Shown: positions 55,128-64,000 of the stretch, piece after piece
How positions within the stretch are numbered: position 1 is the stretch's first letter
How the letters are laid out: each line of letters starts with the position of its first letter
Source: Deinococcus sp.
Lineage (GTDB): Bacteria; Deinococcota; Deinococci; Deinococcales; Deinococcaceae
Direction of reading: 5' to 3'
Assembly (NCBI GenBank): GCA_965261005.1
Contig: OZ253375.1
Coordinates: 1,440,001-1,504,000 of the forward strand
Length of the DNA: 64,000 nucleotides
The notes under the pieces: generated by a model
The model's database searches: none
Told to the model about the DNA's origin: nothing
Seen by the model: only the letters and a program-made list of their open reading frames with translations
Translations under genes and position numbers: made by a program

Positions 55128-57167
55128 TCACTCCCCCTGACCGGCCGCGACCCCCCCGCTCGGCGCTCCCACTTGCCAAGCCGTGCCGCGCAGCTGGGCG
55201 AACTCGGCGCCGGCGAACACGCGGGCGGCGGCCTCCACCACCCGCGGATCGAAGTGGGCGCCGGCCTGCCTGTGCAGCTCGGCCAGCGCCTCCCCCGCCG
55301 ACCAAGCCGCCTTGTACGGCCGCGCCTGCGTCAGGGCGTCGAACACGTCGGCCACCGCCACGATGCGGCCTGAAAGTGGGATGGTCTCGCCGACCAAGCG
55401 CTTCGGATAGCCGCCGCCGTCCCAGCGCTCGTGGTGGCTAAGGGCAATCTCCTCGGCGGCGCGCAGCAAGCGCGTTTGCCCGCCCGACAGCATGCGCGCC
55501 CCCAGCGCGGCGTGGGTCTGCATGTGCGCGTACTCTTCGGGTGTGAACTTACCGGGCTTGAGCAGAACGGCGTCGGGAATGCCAATCTTGCCCACATCGT
55601 GCAGCCGCGCCGCCACCCGGATCACCTCGACCTCCTCTTCCGGCAAGCCGAGTTCACACGCGATCAGGGCCGACACCTGCCCGACCCGCCAAGTGTGCTC
55701 TCCCGTCGTGTCGTCGCGGTACTCGGCGGCGACCGCCAGGCGCGTCACCACCTCCAGCTGCGAGCGCTCCAGCTCCTCGGTGCGCTCGCGCACCTGCGCC
55801 TCGGCCTGCTCGCGCGCCACGTCCGCCGCCTCGCGCCACAGCTTTTGCACCTCCGCCTCGTGTCTGGCGCGCTCCACGTCGAACTGCGCGCTCAGCTCGC
55901 GGGTTTTCTTGTCACCCTCCTCGTTGAAGAGGCCTTTTTCCTGCTGATGGTACTGCTCGTGGTGCGCCAGGGCCTGCCCGAAGTCGCCCGCGCGCTTGTG
56001 GGCTTGCGACAGCGCCAAGTGCGCCTCGGACACCGCCTTTTTATGGTCGGCCTTTTCGGCCAGCTGAAGGGCGCGTTCCAAAGAAGCCAGGGCGGCGGCT
56101 TGCTCGCCCAGCTGGGCTTGCACTTGCCCTAAGTGCAGCAGGGCGTCCAATTCCCCCTCCAAATCCTCAATTTCTTGGGCGATCTGCACGGCCTCGGCGT
56201 GCGCCTTGGCCGCCCCTTTTAATTGACCGCGCCGGGCCAGAATGTCGCCCAAGCCGTCCAGAGCGGACAGTTCACCTTGGCGGTACTGAATCTCGCGGGA
56301 AAGGGCGAGGGCGGAGCGGAAGGCGAGTTCAGCTTTTTGATCGTTTTCAGCCCTTGCATATGCAACGCCTATATTCAAAGTTGCCATCGCTTCCGTAAGT
56401 CGGTCTTGCCGTTCTACAGATATTTGAAGAGCCTCTTCTAGATATAAAATGGCGTTTTTTGAATCTTTCATTTCTAAATATAGGTGTCCAAGATTTATAA
56501 TTACGAATCCTTTAATTCTTTTATCATCTATACGCTCTTTGACTATGTCGTAGGATTTTTTAAAATACCCTAAGGCTATATGATAGTTACCAAGACTTGT
56601 ATTAAGTATTCCAACATTACAAAGCAATTTCGCTTCTTCTTCCTCGTTTTCCAGCTCTCTGTGTATTGAAATTGCGTCTTCCAGGTTTTCGAGGGCTAAA
56701 GAGTATCTCCCGTTACGATGGTTGACCCCTGCCAAAAGATTTAAAACGCGTGCTTCATAAATCAGAAATTGGTTTTCTCTGGACAACTTCAGGGCATCTT
56801 CAAGGTAACTTTCAGCGAGGGGCGCCTCCCCCATTTCAAGGTGAAGTCTACCTAAACTTTCTAAAGTTCCGCATAATTTTTCTAGGTCTTGTGAAGTTTT
56901 AAACTGTCTCAGGGCTACTTGCAGACGGGGCAGGGCGTTTTCGGAATCGCCTCTTGCTATATACACTTGGCCTTGAGTAAGCGAAGCGCACGCTTCACCG
57001 AAAATGTACCCTTCTTCCTGAGCGAGACGAGCGGCCAGCTCTGAAAGCTCAAGCGCCCGCACACCGTCCGTCTTGAACAGCGTGGCCGCAAGCTCGTTCA
57101 ACGAGTTCACGCGCGCCCGAACGTCGGCACCTTGTTTCGGCTCTTCTCGCATTTCCAACCCAGCCAT
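55128..57167 (-). CDS. TPR-repeat HD-GYP phosphodiesterase
   Basis: N-terminal TPR-like repeats; [37 protein letters not shown]. Confidence 0.92.
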   Translation of the reverse strand: MAGLEMREEPKQGADVRARVNSLNELAATLFKTDGVRALELSELAARLAQEEGYIFGEACASLTQGQVYIARGDSENALPRLQVALRQFKTSQDLEKLCGTLESLGRLHLEMGEAPLAESYLEDALKLSRENQFLIYEARVLNLLAGVNHRNGRYSLALENLEDAISIHRELENEEEEAKLLCNVGILNTSLGNYHIALGYFKKSYDIVKERIDDKRIKGFVIINLGHLYLEMKDSKNAILYLEEALQISVERQDRLTEAMATLNIGVAYARAENDQKAELAFRSALALSREIQYRQGELSALDGLGDILARRGQLKGAAKAHAEAVQIAQEIEDLEGELDALLHLGQVQAQLGEQAAALASLERALQLAEKADHKKAVSEAHLALSQAHKRAGDFGQALAHHEQYHQQEKGLFNEEGDKKTRELSAQFDVERARHEAEVQKLWREAADVAREQAEAQVRERTEELERSQLEVVTRLAVAAEYRDDTTGEHTWRVGQVSALIACELGLPEEEVEVIRVAARLHDVGKIGIPDAVLLKPGKFTPEEYAHMQTHAALGARMLSGGQTRLLRAAEEIALSHHERWDGGGYPKRLVGETIPLSGRIVAVADVFDALTQARPYKAAWSAGEALAELHRQAGAHFDPRVVEAAARVFAGAEFAQLRGTAWQVGAPSGGVAAGQGE

Positions 57168-57204
57168 GTCGCCAGTGTTCGCCTCTACGTCTTTCTAATT
57201 CCTT

Positions 57205-57240
57205 ACAAAAGGGCGACCGAGAAATCTCGGCCACCCTTTG
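57205..57240 (-). terminator. Terminator-like hairpin between S8 peptidase and TPR-HD-GYP genes
   Basis: AAAGGGTGGCCGAG-ATTT-CTCGGTCGCCCTTTT is fully paired (with G-U) only on the minus strand. Confidence 0.65.
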
Positions 57241-57397
57241 AGCAAAAGTTTGTATGGGTTTGGCAAGGCTGTGCATCATACTGAAGGAGTTCGTGCATCG
57301 CGCACGAACTCCTTCGATTCCGTACTTATACGGGTTTCGCTTTGCTTCTCAACATCGGGAACAGCGCCCGCTGTTGCTTCACGCCGCGGAATTCGTA

Positions 57398-58738
57398 TTA
57401 CTTGGGCGCGGGTAGGCCCAGGCTGGCGTTCAAAAAGGTCTTCAGGTCCAAACGACCTTTGCCCAGCAGACCGGTGTAGGCGCTGTTCAGGGCGTAGATG
57501 TTGGTTCCGTTGTCGGTCATCTTGCGGGTCAGGTCTGGCGGCGTGGCCGTCAGCTGACCTTCGGCCAGCGCCAAGCCGCCCGTCACAATAGGGGCCGACA
57601 TCGAGGTGCCGCTCCAAGCGACCAGCAGGTTGTCGGGGCCGGCGGTGAAGATGCTTTCGCCGGGCGCGACAAGTTCAAGTTCGTTGGAGTAGTTGGAAAA
57701 GCTCGACTTGCGGTCTTGCAAGTCCACGCTGCCCACGCTGATGCTGTTGTCGCCCAGCGCGCCCTTGTTGGTCGCAATGGACGCGGGAAAGGTGATGCTG
57801 TTGAGGTTGTCGTTGCCCGCCGACGCCACCACCAGGACGCCGGCGTTGGTGGCGTTGGTGATTTCACGCTGAACGATCTCGGACTTGTTCTTGCTGCCCA
57901 AGCTGAGGTTGATGATCTTGGCACCCTTGGACACGGCGTACTTGATGGCCTGGGCGATCATCAGCGTGTCGCCGGAGCCGTCCGGACCCAACACGCGCAA
58001 CGGCAGGATGGTGGCGCCAGGAGCGACTTGTAGCACAATGCTGGCGACGGCGGTACCGTGCCCGTAGCCGCCCACGCCCAGCGTGCCCTCGTCCTGCGGC
58101 ACGGCGTCGTTGCCGTAGAAGTCCCTCCACTCGGAGGCCGGAGCCAAGGCGCCCTCAAAGGCGGGGTGGCTCAAGTCGAGGCCGGTGTCAATGACGGCGA
58201 TTTTCACGCCCGTGCCGAGGTTCGGGGCCAGCGTTTGGGCAGCCTCCAAATTGATCTGCTTGAAGGAGTCGGTGTTTTGGACGACGGGCAAGTACTCACC
58301 GCTGGCCCAAGCGGTACGGGAGCCGCTGGCCCAAGCGGTGCGGGAGCCGCTGGCCCAAGCGGTGCGGGAGCCGCTGGCCCAAGCGGTACGGGAGCCGCTC
58401 ATGGTCGCCAACGCGCCGCCCGTGAACTGGTCGAGGTTTGGCTCGGGCATCGGCTCGTCGCCCAGCGCCAGGGCGCTCACATGGCTCGCCTTGTACTGCT
58501 GCGCCTCGGCGGCGCTCAGTCCCACGATCTGGTAACCGCTCGCCTGGTCGGCACTGAGGACCCGGCCCACGGAGGGCGCCAAGCTGGCCGCCTGAACGCC
58601 CGACTTCAGCGACACGCTCATAATGTATGCGGGACGGTCAGCTTGAGTTGCCTGCGGGGCAGCCTGTTGCCCGCAGGCGAACAACAACAAAGACGCGCTG
58701 AGTGACGCGCCCACTCGAAGAATATTTTTGCTGGTCAC
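57398..58738 (-). CDS. S8 (subtilisin) peptidase lipoprotein with internal peptide repeats
   Basis: Lipobox LFAC; IAVIDTG, GHGT, SAGN and SGTSMSAP catalytic motifs. Confidence 0.93.
   Translation of the reverse strand: MTSKNILRVGASLSASLLLFACGQQAAPQATQADRPAYIMSVSLKSGVQAASLAPSVGRVLSADQASGYQIVGLSAAEAQQYKASHVSALALGDEPMPEPNLDQFTGGALATMSGSRTAWASGSRTAWASGSRTAWASGSRTAWASGEYLPVVQNTDSFKQINLEAAQTLAPNLGTGVKIAVIDTGLDLSHPAFEGALAPASEWRDFYGNDAVPQDEGTLGVGGYGHGTAVASIVLQVAPGATILPLRVLGPDGSGDTLMIAQAIKYAVSKGAKIINLSLGSKNKSEIVQREITNATNAGVLVVASAGNDNLNSITFPASIATNKGALGDNSISVGSVDLQDRKSSFSNYSNELELVAPGESIFTAGPDNLLVAWSGTSMSAPIVTGGLALAEGQLTATPPDLTRKMTDNGTNIYALNSAYTGLLGKGRLDLKTFLNASLGLPAPK
58299..58399 (-). repeat. 24-bp tandem repeat x4 encoding SGSRTAWA
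   Basis: CCGCTGGCCCAAGCGGT(A/G)CGGGAG at 58299, 58323, 58347, 58371. Confidence 0.97.
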
Positions 58739-58802
58739 ACTTCATCTCCTTTGGCTTGTCTGCGACTGGCTGGAATTTGGCCCCTGCCGGCACCGACGAC
58801 CT

Positions 58803-58841
58803 TTCTCATAATGAGAAGACTGTTCTTACAAAACTCTTACA
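58803..58841. promoter_or_regulatory. Candidate operator sites in the divergent S8/GH6 spacer
   Basis: TTCTCAT-A-ATGAGAA palindrome (58803-58817); TCTTACA direct repeat with 11-bp period (58824, 58835). Confidence 0.4.
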
Positions 58842-59068
58842 TGAATGGGGTTGAGTTTCCAGAGCGTTCGGTGATACGACGCTGACGAGTTGGCCGCCTT
58901 TTCCTTGCCACCGTTTAAACGTCGCTCAAAAAGTTAACCCCAACACAAAGTGGCTGCAAATAAAGAAAGCTCGCGCTTCGGATGTGTAAAATGTCATAGT
59001 TTCGGTTGCGAAACCGGGCGAGATGGTGCCATCCGGCATCCCACCGAGCCTGCCCCGAAGGAGTCTTC

Positions 59069-60565
59069 ATGAAACCGTCCGACTTATCCTTCCGAGCTTC
59101 TACACTTTTTGCCTTGCCGCTGACGCTGGCCGCATGTGGAACGCAGGTTTCCCATACGCCCACCCAAGCTGCTGGCGGCACCCTGACAGCGCAGGCCATC
59201 ACCACAGGGGCGGTGTATAGACTGCGCAGTGGGTGCAGTGACAACGTGCTCGACGTGGCCTACGCCAGCACGGCGAACGGGGCCAAGGCCCAGATTTGGA
59301 GCGGCGGCGGCGGCGGCCAGCAACAGTGGCGCATTGATTCCCTCGCCGGCGGCTACTTCAAGCTCACCGCCATGCACAGCGGCAAGCTGCTCGAAGTGGC
59401 CAGCTCGGGCACGTCGGACGGTACCCAAGTCCAGCAGTGGCCGACCAACGGCACCAATGCCCAGCAGTGGAAGATCACCGACCTTGGCAACGGATACGCC
59501 AAGCTCAATCCGCGCGTCGCGCCGGACAAGGCGCTGGACGTGAACGGCGCGAGCACCACCAAAAGCGCCAAGGTTCAAATCTGGACTGACAACGGGACCT
59601 GCGCGCAGCAGTGGCAGTTGTTGCCCGTAAACGGCACGGGCAGCGGCACGGGTGGCGGCGTGGTCAGCGCGGGGAACCCGTTTGCGGGGGCGGCGTTTCA
59701 GCCGGTCGGGCCGGACAGCAACGCGGGGCGGGCGGCGGCAAAGTACCGCGACAGCGATCCGGCGCGCGCCGCCGAATTTGACAAGATCGCTTCCCAGCCG
59801 TCCGCCGACTGGTTCGGCGACTGGACGCCGGACGTGCGCGCCGCCGTAGACGCGCGCACCACACAGCTGAGAAGTGCGGGCAAGCTGCCGGTATACGTGC
59901 TCTACAATATCCCCAACCGGGACAACGGCAATTATTCGGCGGGCGGGGCGCCAAACGCGGCGTCCTACCGCACCTGGATTGCCCAGGTCGCGGCCGGGCT
60001 GAACGGTCGCCTCGCCGCCGTGATCCTGGAGCCAGACGCGGTGCCCATGCTTACCAACCTGAGCACGACCCAGCGTACCGAGCGCGCGGCCCTGCTGCGT
60101 GACGCCATCACCCAACTGAGTGCTGCCGGCGCGCGTGTCTATCTCGACGGTGGAAACGCCAATTGGCACCCGGCGGCCACAACCGCCGCGCTGCTGAGCG
60201 AGGCCGGAATCGCCGGCGCACGCGGCTTTTCGCTGAACGTGTCCGGCTTCGAAACCACGGCGAGTTCCACAAGCTACGGCGCGGACGTGTCCGCCCGGCT
60301 GGGCAGCAAAAGCTTCGTGATCGACACCAGTCGCAACGGCAACGGCCGCTACAACGCGCCGGGCGACACTGAAACGTGGTGCAACCCGCCGGGCCGGGCG
60401 CTCGGTCTCAATCCCAAGGGCGCGCCCAATTCGGCCGTCCCCACCTTGGACGCCTATTACTGGATCAAGACGCCCGGCGATTCCGACGGCAGCTGCCGGG
60501 GCTTTCCGGCTGCCGGCACCTGGGTGGAAAGCTACGCCTACGCGCTGGCGCACAACCGGCCCTGA
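59069..60565 (+). CDS. Lipoprotein: ricin-B lectin + glycoside hydrolase family 6
   Basis: Lipobox LAAC; three QQW lectin repeats; ILEPDA, YLDGGN, FSLNVS, IDTSRNG, WCNPPG, WIK.PG.SDG. Confidence 0.9.
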   Translation: MKPSDLSFRASTLFALPLTLAACGTQVSHTPTQAAGGTLTAQAITTGAVYRLRSGCSDNVLDVAYASTANGAKAQIWSGGGGGQQQWRIDSLAGGYFKLTAMHSGKLLEVASSGTSDGTQVQQWPTNGTNAQQWKITDLGNGYAKLNPRVAPDKALDVNGASTTKSAKVQIWTDNGTCAQQWQLLPVNGTGSGTGGGVVSAGNPFAGAAFQPVGPDSNAGRAAAKYRDSDPARAAEFDKIASQPSADWFGDWTPDVRAAVDARTTQLRSAGKLPVYVLYNIPNRDNGNYSAGGAPNAASYRTWIAQVAAGLNGRLAAVILEPDAVPMLTNLSTTQRTERAALLRDAITQLSAAGARVYLDGGNANWHPAATTAALLSEAGIAGARGFSLNVSGFETTASSTSYGADVSARLGSKSFVIDTSRNGNGRYNAPGDTETWCNPPGRALGLNPKGAPNSAVPTLDAYYWIKTPGDSDGSCRGFPAAGTWVESYAYALAHNRP

Positions 60566-60568
60566 GCG

Positions 60569-60606
60569 AAAAAGGGAGAGCGCCCCCCCGGGGGCGCTCT
60601 CCCTTG
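60569..60606. terminator. Bidirectional terminator between GH6 and clpB
   Basis: AAGGGAGAGCGCCCCC / GGGGGCGCTCTCCCTT inverted repeat with A-tract. Confidence 0.8.
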
Positions 60607-60619
60607 GAACATTCTCGCA

Positions 60620-63178
<2,559 letters not shown>

Positions 63179-63257
63179 GGTCAATCCTCCTGAAGTCAAA
63201 AGTGATGTTGGCGAAACCGCGCCCTAACCCGGCACAGCCCGCCCCAAAAGTGACCTC

Positions 63258-63288
63258 AGTCTACTAACTTGAGTGCCCTTGTGTCAAG
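63258..63288 (-). promoter_or_regulatory. clpB promoter with HAIR-like (HspR) operator
   Basis: CTTGAGT-N7-TGTCAAG (63268-63288) overlapping minus-strand TTGACA-18-TAGACT. Confidence 0.75.
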
Positions 63289-63303
63289 TTTATTGATGAT
63301 GTC

Positions 63304-64000
63304 TCAGGGGATGCCGCCCAAAGACCCGCCCACGAACTCGCCCATGCCCTCGACCTTGACAGGCTGTCCCCCAAAGGAGCCGCCGCCCGCGACCGGCCCT
63401 TCCCAGTAGGCCACGCGGGTGGAGTTGGACAGCAGCTCTTGATTTTGGTGAACGGCGCCCACGTAGAGGTTGAAGTTGTCCGCCCTCAGGTCCCAATTCA
63501 GGGTGTACTCGCGCCCCGACGGCGAGCGCCAGGTGCCCTTCGGCGTGGCCTGGAAGTTCTCGACCGCCCGCGCCACGCCGTCTTTGTCCACCCACGAGCC
63601 GGCCAGCTGCACGACCTTGCCCGCCGTGTTCTTGACCCGGTAAACCATCAAATCCGCGCCGTTACTCAGGTGCAGCCCGAACCAGTCCCACAAAGCGCCC
63701 TGCCCCGGCAATTGGTCGCCCCACTGGTGGTCGAGCCAGGCGGTGCCGCTGGCGGGCTTGCCGGCCACCGTGCCGCTGAGTGCCAGACGGGTAATGCTTT
63801 GGTAATACATGCGCCCGACCTCGGCGTTCCCGGAATAGCCCGGCGGATGGACCACGGCCGGCTTTTCCGGCACCAGGTTGAGCTGGAGGGGGCCGGCGTC
63901 GAGGGCGTACTGCTTGGCCGTCTGTTGCAGCTTCCAGTCACCCTGGCGCACCGAAAGGGGCGGAAAGCTGAAGGCGGTGTCGGGAGAGTTCTGCTCCAAG
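63304..64000 (-). CDS. AttH/CrtC-like lipocalin-fold protein (5' truncated by window)
   Basis: YYQSITRL, G.AWLDHQW, WDWF.L.L..G, W.SP.G..Y, YWEG, G.G..E..G. Confidence 0.8.
   Translation of the reverse strand, partial: LEQNSPDTAFSFPPLSVRQGDWKLQQTAKQYALDAGPLQLNLVPEKPAVVHPPGYSGNAEVGRMYYQSITRLALSGTVAGKPASGTAWLDHQWGDQLPGQGALWDWFGLHLSNGADLMVYRVKNTAGKVVQLAGSWVDKDGVARAVENFQATPKGTWRSPSGREYTLNWDLRADNFNLYVGAVHQNQELLSNSTRVAYWEGPVAGGGSFGGQPVKVEGMGEFVGGSLGGIP

Noticed and set aside
58299..58399. 24-bp repeats as a CRISPR array
   Set aside because: No spacers, in-frame coding repeat, no cas genes
57170..59068. c-di-GMP riboswitch near the HD-GYP locus
   Set aside because: Could not match class I or II consensus by eye; needs an Rfam scan
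63268..63288. HAIR box at clpB as a novelty
   Set aside because: HspR control of clpB is established in Deinococcus; listed as a feature only

Overview
High-GC bacterial chromosome segment, most likely Deinococcaceae. Support: GlnRS with a C-terminal Yqey-like tail, many apparently leaderless genes, a HAIR-like box at clpB, and rplL not followed by rpoB. Core content: glnS (partial), nrtR, ybaB-recR, three roadblock/LC7 genes, a heterodimeric ABC exporter, the tRNA(Thr-Tyr-Gly-Thr)-tuf-rpmG-secE-nusG-rplKAJL cluster, argB-like kinase, ubiE/menG, a MacAB-like exporter, mtnN, a sugar ABC operon, a GAF two-component system and clpB. An ~18.6 kb integrative element sits in tRNA-Gln(UUG), bounded by a 53-bp att repeat (17106-17158 / 35701-35753). 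It carries a tyrosine integrase, a primase-helicase with an internal iteron-like array, an MmeI-like R-M gene split by IS66, a lipase plus candidate immunity gene, and three tandem diverged paralogues of an unknown family (one hit by a nonsense codon and an IS5-family element). No virion or conjugation genes were recognised. Outside the island, the most intriguing locus is a subtilisin lipoprotein with four tandem SGSRTAWA peptides directly upstream of a TPR-HD-GYP protein whose TPR region is strikingly AT-rich, a candidate peptide-to-c-di-GMP signalling system. A frameshifted DUF3800-like gene faces a possible small RNA. All family calls are from motif recognition by eye; no searches were run.
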